Source of the DNA: Acidobacteria bacterium UBA2999
GTDB taxonomy: Bacteria > Acidobacteriota > Vicinamibacteria > Vicinamibacterales > UBA2999
DNA length: 64,000 nt
Reading direction: 5' to 3'
Assembly (NCBI GenBank): GCA_002346475.1
Contig: DDZV01000015.1
Coordinates: 47,643-111,642 of the forward strand
Shown here: positions 20,162 through 29,563 of the stretch, one piece after another
Layout: every line of letters begins with the position of its first letter
Position numbering within the stretch: position 1 is the stretch's first letter
The notes under the pieces: model-generated
Database searches by the model: none
Told to the model about the DNA's origin: nothing
Seen by the model: the letters and a program-made list of their open reading frames with translations, nothing else
Position numbers and translations under genes: made by a program

Positions 20162-21229
20162 ATGTCAGAGAAACCTCTTCAAATTGCAGTCATTGCTGGG
20201 GACGGTGTCGGAAAAGAAGTTATCCCCGCTGGTGTTACGCTACTCGAAAGAGTCGCACGTGATGCTACGTTCTCGTGTGAATTTGTAAATTTTCCGTGGG
20301 GTTGTGAGTTTTATCTTCAAACCCAACGGATGATGGATGAAGACTGGCTAGATCAAATAAGAAATTTTGATGCAATCTACATGGGGGCGATCGGTGCACC
20401 AACTGTCCCGGACCATATTTCTGCGCAGGAACTGATTCTTCCAATCCGGCAACGTCTAGTCCAGTACGTCAATCTTAGACCAATGAGACTATTGCCCGGC
20501 ATCACCTCGCCTTTAGGTAAAAGAAGCACGAGAGATATTGATATGGTTTGCGTGCGTGAAAACTCTGAAGGTGAGTACTGTGGTGTTGGTGGTCGAGTTC
20601 ATGTGGGTACGACAAATGAACTTGCTGAACAAACGAGTATCTTCACACGGCAAGGTATCGAGCGGATTGCACGTTATGCATTTGAACTTGCCCAAAAACG
20701 CCCACGAAAACTGCTTGCTAGTGCAACTAAATCAAATGCACTTCAGCACTCCATGGTTCTATGGGATGAAGTAATTTCAAAGGTTTCAACTGAGTACCCA
20801 GATGTGAAACTACAGAAGTACCACGTCGATGCATTGGCAGCTCGTATGATTACAAGTCCACAGACTCTTGATGTCATGGTTACTTCGAACTTGTTTGGGG
20901 ACATCTTGACTGATATTGGTTCAGCAATCTCTGGGAGTCTGGGGGTTGGACCAAGTGGAAATATCAACCCTGAGAAAGATTTTCCGTCTATGTTTGAGCC
21001 AATCCATGGCTCGGCCCCTGATATCGCTGGAAAAGACCTTGCAAATCCTATTGGAGCAATCTGGGCTGGGGCTATGATGCTAGAACATTTAGGCCAACCT
21101 GAAGCATCTAGACGTCTTGTTGAAGCTATCGAAAGTGTTCTTGGAAATGGAACAGTTCTTACGCCTGACCTTGGCGGCACAGCTACAACAACAGGAATGA
21201 CCGCAGCCATCCTAGAAGCATTGGAGTAA
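20162..21229 (+). CDS. tartrate dehydrogenase/decarboxylase-type isopropylmalate-dehydrogenase-family enzyme
   Basis: Motifs 'VRENSEGEY', 'NLFGDILTDIGSAISGSLG' and 'FEPIHGSAPDIAGK'. Overall collinear with tartrate/D-malate dehydrogenases as I recall them. Confidence 0.75.
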   Translation: MSEKPLQIAVIAGDGVGKEVIPAGVTLLERVARDATFSCEFVNFPWGCEFYLQTQRMMDEDWLDQIRNFDAIYMGAIGAPTVPDHISAQELILPIRQRLVQYVNLRPMRLLPGITSPLGKRSTRDIDMVCVRENSEGEYCGVGGRVHVGTTNELAEQTSIFTRQGIERIARYAFELAQKRPRKLLASATKSNALQHSMVLWDEVISKVSTEYPDVKLQKYHVDALAARMITSPQTLDVMVTSNLFGDILTDIGSAISGSLGVGPSGNINPEKDFPSMFEPIHGSAPDIAGKDLANPIGAIWAGAMMLEHLGQPEASRRLVEAIESVLGNGTVLTPDLGGTATTTGMTAAILEALE

Positions 21230-21290
21230 AACACCACGAGTCTTGAAAGTTTTTGGGTAACCTATGGAATATCACCACAAAGGAGTTCAC

Positions 21291-21872
21291 GTGAAAATCA
21301 AAAACCAATCTCTAGTTATCGTAACAATGCTGGCGAGCCTGCTAACAACTACCATGTTGACGGCAGTGCTAACAGCCCAGTCTGGAGGCACGGTGGAATC
21401 TTTTTATGATTTAAAAACGACAAAACTTGATGGCACACCAGCTGACCTTGGGGAACACCGTGGCAAGGTTGCTCTTGTTGTCAACGTCGCTAGCAAGTGT
21501 GGTTTTACCCCTCAATACACCGGGCTTGAACAGCTCTGGCGTGACATGAAAGACAAAGGGGTAGTGGTACTTGGTTTCCCAAGCAATGATTTCGGCGGTC
21601 AGGAACCTGGGACAGCTGAAGAAATTGCAACATTCTGTAAAACCACATACGACGTAACATTCCCGCTGTTCTCAAAATTGCAAACAAAGGCGGGTCAGGG
21701 ACAGTCTCCCATTTATGCTTGGCTTGGAGAATCAGGGGATTTGCCAGCATGGAATTTTACGAAATACGTTATTAACAAGGATGGCCAAGTTGTAGCCTTT
21801 TTCCCGAGCAAGGTTGCACCAGAAGCACCGGAACTAAAGGCTGCTATCGACAAAGCCCTCTCAGGGAGCTAG
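21291..21872 (+). CDS. glutathione peroxidase (Cys-type, exported)
   Basis: Motifs 'VNVASKCGFTPQY', 'GFPSNDFGGQEPG' and 'WNFTKY'. I chose GTG 21291, which sits 5 nt after AAGGAG and gives a signal peptide; the track start is 21264. Confidence 0.85.
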   Translation: MKIKNQSLVIVTMLASLLTTTMLTAVLTAQSGGTVESFYDLKTTKLDGTPADLGEHRGKVALVVNVASKCGFTPQYTGLEQLWRDMKDKGVVVLGFPSNDFGGQEPGTAEEIATFCKTTYDVTFPLFSKLQTKAGQGQSPIYAWLGESGDLPAWNFTKYVINKDGQVVAFFPSKVAPEAPELKAAIDKALSGS

Positions 21873-21910
21873 AGCCAACCATCTAACTAAAATGTTTCTA
21901 GAAGGACACC

Positions 21911-22210
21911 GTGTGGATTCTCCGTACGACAGGCAACAGTACGCCAGAGCAAACATTCAGAATTTTGATAAATGATGTTCGCACTATTGGGCGTGCTATA
22001 GGTGCTGACTTTGTCCTCGACGACCCATTAGTATCACGAACCCATTGCCGTATAACGGAACTACCAAACGGAGAACTTGAGGTTAAAGATCTTAATAGTA
22101 CGAATGGCACATTTGTAAATGGAACACGCATTCAAAATGCACGATTGACATCTGGAGATTCTCTAAAAATCGGTCGACTAGAACTAATCGCGCTTAAAGA
22201 CGACAGCTAA
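21911..22210 (+). CDS. FHA domain protein
   Basis: FHA core blocks 'IGRAIGADFVLDDPLVSRTHCRI' and 'STNGTFVNG'. 99 aa. Confidence 0.8.
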   Translation: MWILRTTGNSTPEQTFRILINDVRTIGRAIGADFVLDDPLVSRTHCRITELPNGELEVKDLNSTNGTFVNGTRIQNARLTSGDSLKIGRLELIALKDDS

Positions 22211-22302
22211 CTTGTAAGCAGAGCAGATCGCTCACTTCAAAAAAGCTGATCTACATAGAAAGGTCTGCTTGCTGAACCCGTGAACAGTTTTTGAATGTTG
22301 AT

Positions 22303-22962
22303 CTACAGATCGTGGTTAGCAAGATATTCTGTTACAAAAGGATTTGTTGCCCGTTCATGTTCTACGGTTGTATCTGGACCATGCCCGGGATGAACAGGAG
22401 CCTTATTCCCAAGTGTGAATATAACAGTTGTAATGGAACGTAAAAGAATTTCGTAGTCGCCCCCTGGAAGATCAGTTCTTCCAATCGAGCCCGCGAAAAG
22501 CGTGTCGCCAACAAATAAGTGTTTGTCGGCACTACCCTTCTTCCCAATCTGAAGGCATACACCACCGGGACAATGACCTGGAGTGTGATGAATACATACC
22601 TCATAATCACCAAAATGAATTAATGAACTATCGTAGAATCTGTCAATTGGTGGAAGTGCTTCAGCATGGATCCCAAACATAGCACCTTGCTGAACAACAG
22701 ATTCATAGAGAAAGAGATCATCGCGATGCAGATAAATTGGAACATTAAACTTATCTTTAGCTGTTTGGACACCAGTAATATGGTCAATATGGGCATGAGT
22801 TAGCAATATGTACCGAATTTCAAGCTTACGCTCATGAACAATTTCAACAAGTTGATCGACTTCATCGCCAGGATCAATCAGCACTGCCTCGTGCGTCCGC
22901 TCACAGCCCACGACAAAGCCGTTTTTATAGAAAGGTTCAACTGTTCTGACTTCAAGAATCAT
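22303..22962 (-). CDS. MBL-fold hydrolase (hydroxyacylglutathione-hydrolase-like)
   Basis: Motifs 'LLTHAHIDHITG' and 'HTPGHCPGG'. 219 aa. Confidence 0.85.
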   Translation of the reverse strand: MILEVRTVEPFYKNGFVVGCERTHEAVLIDPGDEVDQLVEIVHERKLEIRYILLTHAHIDHITGVQTAKDKFNVPIYLHRDDLFLYESVVQQGAMFGIHAEALPPIDRFYDSSLIHFGDYEVCIHHTPGHCPGGVCLQIGKKGSADKHLFVGDTLFAGSIGRTDLPGGDYEILLRSITTVIFTLGNKAPVHPGHGPDTTVEHERATNPFVTEYLANHDL

Positions 22963-22976
22963 TCGTTACAATCTAA

Positions 22977-23336
22977 GTGATGATTATTGCCGTAGTTGAT
23001 GATCTGATGTTTGCCAGCAAGATTTCTACTGTAGCAAAAGCGGTCAAGGTGGACGTGGTCTTTGTGCGATCAGCAGAACAAGTGCTGCTTCGTGTCAAAG
23101 AAGAACGTCCGTCACTTGTTATTTTTGATCTCAATAGTACTAAGTTAAAACCGCTTGAAACAATCACTGCAATTAAAACTAATGCTGAACTGAAATCAAT
23201 ACGTACCCTTGGCTACCTTTCTCATATTGATGTCGACCTAGCGTCAGCTGCCAGAGATGCTGGGGCAGATAAAGTGCTCGCTCGATCTACTTTCTCTGAA
23301 CAGCTCCCAAGTATTCTCTCCAGTCCTAGCCACTAA
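22977..23336 (+). CDS. stand-alone receiver (CheY-like) domain protein, divergent
   Basis: 'IAVVDD' acidic pair, 'LVIFDLN' putative phospho-acceptor Asp, and the 'GYLSH' Ser position. The conserved Lys position appears to be Arg ('VLARSTF'). Confidence 0.55.
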   Translation: MMIIAVVDDLMFASKISTVAKAVKVDVVFVRSAEQVLLRVKEERPSLVIFDLNSTKLKPLETITAIKTNAELKSIRTLGYLSHIDVDLASAARDAGADKVLARSTFSEQLPSILSSPSH

Positions 23337-23341
23337 TTGAA

Positions 23342-23620
23342 TCATTGTTTGCTGTTAAAGTTTCTAGAACTTTTAGAACTAAGCTCCATAGTACTTTGTA
23401 CAAGCTCTTTCGCATCTTTTATCTGTTCCATAATGAGGGCAATATCCATTTTTGAACCACCTTTAGATGGTTCTGAAACCTGGCAATAAACGCCATGCTG
23501 ACCCACTAAGGCCAAAGCATCAGTAAGCAAATCGAGTGAGACAGCTAAACGTCCATTCTTCGTTCCAAACATAGTTTCGTGTACTTCAAGAGCATCGTGG
23601 TGTTTGTCTAAAACTGACAT
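23342..23620 (-). CDS. hypothetical protein
   Basis: 92-aa ORF that starts at the base adjacent to the upstream SDR stop (23621), suggesting translational coupling. I recognise no motif. Confidence 0.45.
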   Translation of the reverse strand: MSVLDKHHDALEVHETMFGTKNGRLAVSLDLLTDALALVGQHGVYCQVSEPSKGGSKMDIALIMEQIKDAKELVQSTMELSSKSSRNFNSKQ

Positions 23621-24349
23621 CTAATTTCCTCTAGGGGGGCGAGATGGCCGTAATTCTACACGGCTAGGCAAACTTCGTGCAGGGTGCATAAGGAGATCTG
23701 TAACAACTTCTGCTACGTCTTCTGGCGAAAGTTTCCAGTCAATATTTTTCCCAGATTGACCTCTGAAATTCGTCTTCACTGAACCAGGCAGAACGTGAGC
23801 AACACGAATCCCATCGTGACGAACCTCTTGCATAAGTACTTCACTGAATGCGTTAAGGGCTGACTTCGAGGAACAATAAGCCGAACCTCCTGGAAAAGGA
23901 TTCTTGCTAGCAAGACTTGAAATATTAATGATCCACCCACTATTGTTCTTTTGAAGATGCGGCAACGCAACTCGACAACAGTAAAAAACACCTGTTAAGT
24001 TAGTATCCAGGACGGCATGCCAGTCATCTAAAGATATTTCACTGACCGAGCCCCAAACACCTATGCCAGCATTATTAATCAAGATATCGAGGCTACCGAA
24101 ATGAGTTGCTGTTGTCTCAATTAGTTTTTCAACGTCTTGATAACGTCGCACATCAGCCTGAACTGAAAGTACTTGTTCCTCTGAAGAAGCCAGTTTTCGC
24201 AGATTAACTGCAGCCTGCGTGAGCTTGTCCTGTTTAGTACCAGTCACAACAATGCTGGCACCTCGTGTTAGGAGAGCCCTAGCCACTGCATACCCAATAC
24301 CTTCAGAACTACCTGTAATTACAGCGATCTTTCCAGAAAGACTCATCAT
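23621..24349 (-). CDS. SDR-family oxidoreductase
   Basis: 'ITGSSEGIGYAVA' (TGxxxGIG) and 'YCSSKSALNAF' (YxxxK). Confidence 0.88.
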   Translation of the reverse strand: MMSLSGKIAVITGSSEGIGYAVARALLTRGASIVVTGTKQDKLTQAAVNLRKLASSEEQVLSVQADVRRYQDVEKLIETTATHFGSLDILINNAGIGVWGSVSEISLDDWHAVLDTNLTGVFYCCRVALPHLQKNNSGWIINISSLASKNPFPGGSAYCSSKSALNAFSEVLMQEVRHDGIRVAHVLPGSVKTNFRGQSGKNIDWKLSPEDVAEVVTDLLMHPARSLPSRVELRPSRPPRGN

Positions 24350-24448
24350 GCCTATTACAATACACCGACGGTGCTAAACCAAGACTAAAGACTCTTAGTA
24401 GGCCATGCACCCAACAGTGAAAACGTAGATCATTAGGCGCTTAATGAA

Positions 24449-25300
24449 ATGTCATCAAGGATTGTAATTCTCGGAGCTGGCGAATTAGGTGGGGCTGTCG
24501 CTCAGGCGGTTGCTACTCGTGATTGTGTTAGTCAGATTGTTCTGATTGACACGGTAGAGTCAGTAGCCTCTGGGAAAGCCCTTGATCTCAAGCAATCCAG
24601 CGCCATTGACCACTTCCATACTCAAATCACTGGAACAGACGACGTGTCAATTGTTACAGGTGCACAAGTATGTGTGATTGCCGATCGAGCAGGCCCACCC
24701 AAAAATGAATGGGCCGACAAAGAGGGCTTGGCTATGCTACGCCAAGTACTCCAGTACGGATCTGGTGCGCCAGTTATTTTTGCTGGCACTGGACAAACAG
24801 AGATGCTCCTGCGTAGCACCCGTGACTTAGGAGCTGCGCGCGAGCGACTGATTGGTTCTGCTCCAGAGGCTCTAGTATCAGCTATCCGAGCAATTGTTGC
24901 TGTTGAAGCAGAATGCTCTCCGGATGAGGTGAGCCTTAGTGTTCTCGGTGTGCCTGCTGGTGGATTAGTAGTGGTCTGGAGCGAGGCAACCATTGGCGGA
25001 CATGCGGTTGAACATATGCTCTCGCAAGCTCAGTTGAATCGCCTAGAAACCCGTGTAGCTAAACTCTGGCCACCCGGCCCATATACCCTTGGAGCTGCGG
25101 CCGCTCGTATTGTGCAATCTGTTGTAGAATCTGGTCGCCACCGGGCAAGTGTCTTAACAGTGCTTACTGATGAATTTGGTATTAAGGACCGTGTCGGAAT
25201 CTTACAAGCTCTTCTTGGCCAGGGGGGTATCATGCAGGTACAGGTGCCTTCACTCAATACAAGAGAGCGCGTGAAACTAGAATCCGCATTTGAGAAGTAA
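24449..25300 (+). CDS. lactate/malate-dehydrogenase-like protein lacking catalytic His/Asp (probable pseudo-enzyme)
   Basis: The Rossmann N-terminus 'IVILGAGELGGAVA' and 'GKALDL' align to LDH-type MDH. The 'GGHGD' catalytic-His block reads 'GVPAGG', and 'LDSAR' reads 'ALVSAIR'. Confidence 0.65.
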   Translation: MSSRIVILGAGELGGAVAQAVATRDCVSQIVLIDTVESVASGKALDLKQSSAIDHFHTQITGTDDVSIVTGAQVCVIADRAGPPKNEWADKEGLAMLRQVLQYGSGAPVIFAGTGQTEMLLRSTRDLGAARERLIGSAPEALVSAIRAIVAVEAECSPDEVSLSVLGVPAGGLVVVWSEATIGGHAVEHMLSQAQLNRLETRVAKLWPPGPYTLGAAAARIVQSVVESGRHRASVLTVLTDEFGIKDRVGILQALLGQGGIMQVQVPSLNTRERVKLESAFEK

Positions 25301-25310
25301 GATCAAAAAT

Positions 25311-27179
25311 ATGCGTAAATCTATTTTCTTCGTACAGTTACTTGTTACATGCCTTGTTGCTGGAGTCTCATTCAGTCTTACAGCAAACCCCCTTATTTCA
25401 TCTAAAGCACTAATGAAGCATGTTCGCTTCCTCTCTTCCGACAACCTCAACGGTCGAGGAAATGGAACCCCAGGTCTTGAGAAAGCTGCTGATTACATCG
25501 CGAATCAATTCATGGCAGCAGGCCTTAAAGCTGCGGGCAACGACGGCACCTGGTTTCAGCCGTTTGAAATTGTTACCGGTTTAAACATAGGAACTGAGAA
25601 CCGTCTTGTGATCCAGGCTGGTCCTCAAACAGTGACATTCAATCTTGGTTCAACCTATTACCCTCTAGCTGCAACCTCAAACGATTCCCTAGAAGCACCC
25701 TCAGCAAAAACAAAGAATCTACCTTTAGTCTTTGCAGGTTACGGAATTTCTGCCCCGAAATTAGAATATGACGACTACTCAAGTATCGATGTAAAAGATA
25801 AAGCAGTCATAATTTTCACACACGAACCACAAGAGCACGATGCCTCAAGTCGGTTTAATGGAACTCGCTTTACTAGACATACCCTGTTAATGGAAAAAGC
25901 AATGGCAGCGCGTTCACGTGGAGCTCGTATGCTCATTGCTGTATCAGATCCAACTCATGATCATGACACTGGTACATACGAGAGCTTTAACAAAGACCCG
26001 CAAGCAGAGGATTATGGTATCCCCGTACTACGAATCAAACGATCTCATATTGAGCCCTTCTTAAAAACTTGGAACCTGGACTCTCTTGCCAAAGAAATCG
26101 ATGAAACTCTTATACCAAAGTCACACGACCTTGATGACGCAACCGTAAAATATGTAGAAACTCTTTCAAAAAAGCGAAGCATCGTGCGCAATGTAATCGG
26201 TATTCTACCTGGAAGTCACCAGGCTCGAGGACACGAAGCTGTCGTAGTCGGTGCACACTATGACCACCTTGGATTTGGTGGACGCCATTCTATGAATCCT
26301 GACCTCGCTGGACAAATTCACAATGGCGCTGATGACAATGCCTCTGGTACTGCTGCAGTAATTGAAATTGGGCGTGCGGCCTCAACTAACACTTCTCACT
26401 TTGATCGCACACTTGTTTTTATCGCTTTTGCAGGTGAGGAACTTGGGTTGCTCGGATCCGCACATTATGTAAAAAATCCGATCGTGCCCCTTGAACAAAC
26501 CGTCGCAATGATAAATCTAGATATGATTGGTCGCGCCAATGGCAAGGTCGTGGTTAGTGGACTCCATGTTTCCAAAACACTCACAGCAGATTTTAAAGAA
26601 GCTTCAATTATGTTTCCTGATCTGAAAGCTACACAATTCCAGCAAGGTGCTGGAGTTGGAGCAAGTGACGATACTTCTTTTGCTGTAAAAAAGATTCCGG
26701 CGATAGGATTTTTCTCTGGTTTTCATGCTGATTATCACCGTCCAACAGATGACTGGGATCGTATTGATAGTGAAGGTGCTGCACAAATAGCTTCGCTTGC
26801 TTTCCAAATTACTTCTAGAATTGCTAACCGAATAAACCGACCTGAATTTGCAGCACCTGCTCCCTCACACGGCTCATCAACTGCCGACAGCAGTGCTGGA
26901 TCGATTGGTGGTTATGGCCCTTACTTTGGCTCGATACCAGATATGGGTAGTAGTAATGATGGTGTGACTTTCGCTGAAATTAGAGAAAATAGCCCTGCTT
27001 GGAAGGCTGGGCTTCGTGGGGGAGACACTTTAATTGCCTTTGCTGGAAAACCTATCAAGACCCTTATTGATTTTACATTCGCACTCAGAGAAAAAAGTCC
27101 TGGCGATACTGTTGAAGTACAAGTACGTCGAAATGACACAATAATTATGGCCACCGTAGAACTGACAACCCGGCCGTAA
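25311..27179 (+). CDS. M28-family aminopeptidase with C-terminal PDZ domain
   Basis: Signal peptide MRKSIFFVQLLVTCLVAG. Motifs 'GAHYDHLG', 'GADDNASGTA' and 'FAGEELGLLGS', with the PDZ-like tail 'LRGGDTLIAFAGKPI'. I chose ATG 25311 over the TTG at 25290. Confidence 0.85.
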   Translation: MRKSIFFVQLLVTCLVAGVSFSLTANPLISSKALMKHVRFLSSDNLNGRGNGTPGLEKAADYIANQFMAAGLKAAGNDGTWFQPFEIVTGLNIGTENRLVIQAGPQTVTFNLGSTYYPLAATSNDSLEAPSAKTKNLPLVFAGYGISAPKLEYDDYSSIDVKDKAVIIFTHEPQEHDASSRFNGTRFTRHTLLMEKAMAARSRGARMLIAVSDPTHDHDTGTYESFNKDPQAEDYGIPVLRIKRSHIEPFLKTWNLDSLAKEIDETLIPKSHDLDDATVKYVETLSKKRSIVRNVIGILPGSHQARGHEAVVVGAHYDHLGFGGRHSMNPDLAGQIHNGADDNASGTAAVIEIGRAASTNTSHFDRTLVFIAFAGEELGLLGSAHYVKNPIVPLEQTVAMINLDMIGRANGKVVVSGLHVSKTLTADFKEASIMFPDLKATQFQQGAGVGASDDTSFAVKKIPAIGFFSGFHADYHRPTDDWDRIDSEGAAQIASLAFQITSRIANRINRPEFAAPAPSHGSSTADSSAGSIGGYGPYFGSIPDMGSSNDGVTFAEIRENSPAWKAGLRGGDTLIAFAGKPIKTLIDFTFALREKSPGDTVEVQVRRNDTIIMATVELTTRP

Positions 27180-27208
27180 TGTAACTATTTTATTTTGATT
27201 GTTAAACC

Positions 27209-28534
27209 ATGGTCTTAGTGGCCATATTCATAATCTCAGGGCTGATTCTGGCCAACGCGGTTTATGTTGCGGCAGAGTTCTCTGCCGTCAGTGTCCGAGC
27301 GAGCCGGGTCCACATGCTAGCAGGCAACGGCAACCGCCTTGCCAAAAAGTTGCTCCCCATCCTCAACTCACCAGTAGCACTAGATCAACATATTGCCACT
27401 TGCCAAATTGGTATTACTCTGTCTAGCCTCGTTATCGGAGCTTATGCGCAAGCAAACTTTGCAGTCTTGTTAGTGCCATTCTTTGCGTCTTGGACCAACA
27501 TTCAAATAGTCGCTGCAGAGTCCTTGTCTGCTGGGTTCGTGTTAATAATCCTTGCAGGACTGCAACTACTGCTCGGCGAACTAATTCCAAAATCACTAGC
27601 GCTGCAGTATCCAACACCCATGGCGCTGTACACCATGTTGCCGATGGCCCCGTCGGCCTTGCTATTCCGACCTTTCAACACGATTCTTAATGGCAGCAGT
27701 TTAGGTCTACTCCGCTTGCTTGGTGCTTCCCCGCACGGTCACCGGCACATTCATTCACCAGAAGAAATCGAACTGTTAATTGCGGATAGTCGTGAGGGTG
27801 GCCTACTAAAACCTGACGAACATAGGCGCTTACAGCGGGCGCTTCGATTGAACCTCTGGCAAGCCAGGCAACTCATGGTGCCTCGCACACACCTTAAAGC
27901 TATTGACGTAAATACACCTTTAGACCAAGCCGTCACAATAGTCACACAGGGTTCTTACTCACAATTTCCTGTGTACCAAGACTCGATTGACAACATTGTA
28001 GGCATCCTACATGCCAAAGACCTTGCGCGCTGGTGTGTGACTAACAACACAGCCGTACCCTTGGTGGATGTCATTCACCCCTTGTCAAGCCTTCACGAAA
28101 GCGTAACGGCAGACCGTGTCCTCAGGCACTTTCGTGAACAAGGAGTACAACAAGCACTCGTTGTTGATGAGTTTGGTGGCACCGCTGGATTAGTAACACT
28201 GAAAGACGTGCTATCTGAACTTCTTGGAGATATTGGCAACGAGCTACAATCAAATGACCCTGCGACGGAAATACTGCCTAATGGTCGAATACGTCTTCCC
28301 GGCAGAATGCCCGTTCACAAAGCAGCTAGGCTCCTTAACGTCAAGTGGGAGACTGAGGTAGCAACACTTGGCGGCCTGGTCACTGCTGAACTTGAGCGCC
28401 TTCCAGAAGGTGGAGAACAGGTAGTCGTAGACAATGTGGAACTAACTGTTGAAAAAGTCGCTGAACACGCTGTGCAGTTTATTATCGCAAGGCGTCTGAA
28501 CATTACGAAAGCTCAAACAACTACAGATGCCTGA
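27209..28534 (+). CDS. CNNM/HlyC-CorC-family transporter (DUF21 + CBS pair + CorC_HlyC)
   Basis: N-terminal 4-TM DUF21 ('NAVYVAAEFSAVS', 'LLLGELIPKSLA'), a CBS pair, and a C-terminal 'ILPNGRIRLPGRMPV...' domain. Confidence 0.85.
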   Translation: MVLVAIFIISGLILANAVYVAAEFSAVSVRASRVHMLAGNGNRLAKKLLPILNSPVALDQHIATCQIGITLSSLVIGAYAQANFAVLLVPFFASWTNIQIVAAESLSAGFVLIILAGLQLLLGELIPKSLALQYPTPMALYTMLPMAPSALLFRPFNTILNGSSLGLLRLLGASPHGHRHIHSPEEIELLIADSREGGLLKPDEHRRLQRALRLNLWQARQLMVPRTHLKAIDVNTPLDQAVTIVTQGSYSQFPVYQDSIDNIVGILHAKDLARWCVTNNTAVPLVDVIHPLSSLHESVTADRVLRHFREQGVQQALVVDEFGGTAGLVTLKDVLSELLGDIGNELQSNDPATEILPNGRIRLPGRMPVHKAARLLNVKWETEVATLGGLVTAELERLPEGGEQVVVDNVELTVEKVAEHAVQFIIARRLNITKAQTTTDA

Positions 28535-29552
28535 CTCACTTAGCATCTTTATCATTATTACTGCACTAGTGCTCCTCAACTCTATGTTTGTGGCAGCAGA
28601 GTTCGCAATTGTAGGTGCTCCCAGAGGAATAATTGAACATCTCGCTGAACAGGGCGTTCGAAAAGCACGTCAAGTACATACCATTCTTCAAGATATAAGA
28701 CTGCAAGATCGGTATATTGCCACCGCTCAGATTGGTATCACCGTGGTCAGCCTTGGTCTTGGTATGTATGGTGAACACGTTGTAGCTGACTTGCTTAGAC
28801 CCTGGCTAGAAGGCTGGACCAAAAACCCGTGGCTAACTACACATATGTTAGCCAGTGTTCTTTCTATTGGATGTCTCACTTATCTACACATCGTGCTCGG
28901 TGAAATGATTCCAAAAGCACTTGCACTGCAACACGCAGAACGAACAGTACTGTTGGTAACACCAGTGATCGTTATTTTAGAAAAAGCCTTGTCACCACTC
29001 GTGTCTGTGTTAAACGGCATTAGTAATGCACTGCTTGGAATGTTTGGAATCCGGAGACAACAACAAAAAACTGAGCGTTACCACACTACTGACGAGCTTC
29101 GATTAATTATTGAAGAAAGCCACCAAGGTGGCTTGCTCCGAGGTGAGGCGGGTTCACTACTGAGAGAACTCTTTGAATACGGAAACTTAAACGCTGGACA
29201 AGTAATGGTTCCACGCACTCAAATAGCAGCACTTGCGTCTTCAGCCGATCCTGAAAAACTACGTACTCTTGTTAAGACTTCACCTCATACGCGTTACCCT
29301 GTTCACACAGGTAGTCTCGATCATATTGTTGGCAGCCTCCATATTAAAGATGCGCTCAGGCATCTCGTAGAAAACCGCCCCGTTACCAAACATGAAACTC
29401 GTTACTTGCCACATGTACAAACTACAGCACCTCTAGATGAAGTGCTTTCTGCAATGCGCCACCATCGCGCACAGATGGTTATTGTGACGGATAAATATGG
29501 GACAACCACAGGCTTGGTAACCATTGAGGACCTCTTTGCAACCCTAGGATAG
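28527..29552 (+). CDS. CNNM-family paralog lacking the C-terminal CorC_HlyC domain
   Basis: Has the same DUF21 and CBS architecture ('NSMFVAAEFAIVG', 'VLGEMIPKALA') but ends right after the second CBS ('GLVTIEDLFATLG*'). Its start overlaps the upstream paralog by 8 nt. Confidence 0.8.
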   Translation: MPDSLSIFIIITALVLLNSMFVAAEFAIVGAPRGIIEHLAEQGVRKARQVHTILQDIRLQDRYIATAQIGITVVSLGLGMYGEHVVADLLRPWLEGWTKNPWLTTHMLASVLSIGCLTYLHIVLGEMIPKALALQHAERTVLLVTPVIVILEKALSPLVSVLNGISNALLGMFGIRRQQQKTERYHTTDELRLIIEESHQGGLLRGEAGSLLRELFEYGNLNAGQVMVPRTQIAALASSADPEKLRTLVKTSPHTRYPVHTGSLDHIVGSLHIKDALRHLVENRPVTKHETRYLPHVQTTAPLDEVLSAMRHHRAQMVIVTDKYGTTTGLVTIEDLFATLG

Positions 29553-29563
29553 AAAGCCTCAGG

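Noticed and set aside
20743-21237. There are further long shadow ORFs: a 164-aa ORF antisense to the tartrate-dehydrogenase-like gene, 47403-47918 (171 aa, antisense), 50133-50681 (182 aa, same strand in an alternate frame), 39626-40084 and 45048-45491.
   Set aside because: All lie fully inside genes with strong family signatures and have low-complexity, Arg/Ser/Pro-rich translations. None has an SD or independent start context. They are consistent with chance.
22211-22302. Nested inverted repeats (AAGCAGA/TCTGCTT and AGATC/GATCT) lie between the convergent FHA and MBL genes and could be a bidirectional terminator.
   Set aside because: The stems are short (5-7 bp), the outer loop is ~41 nt, and no U-tract is properly positioned. 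This is too weak to annotate.
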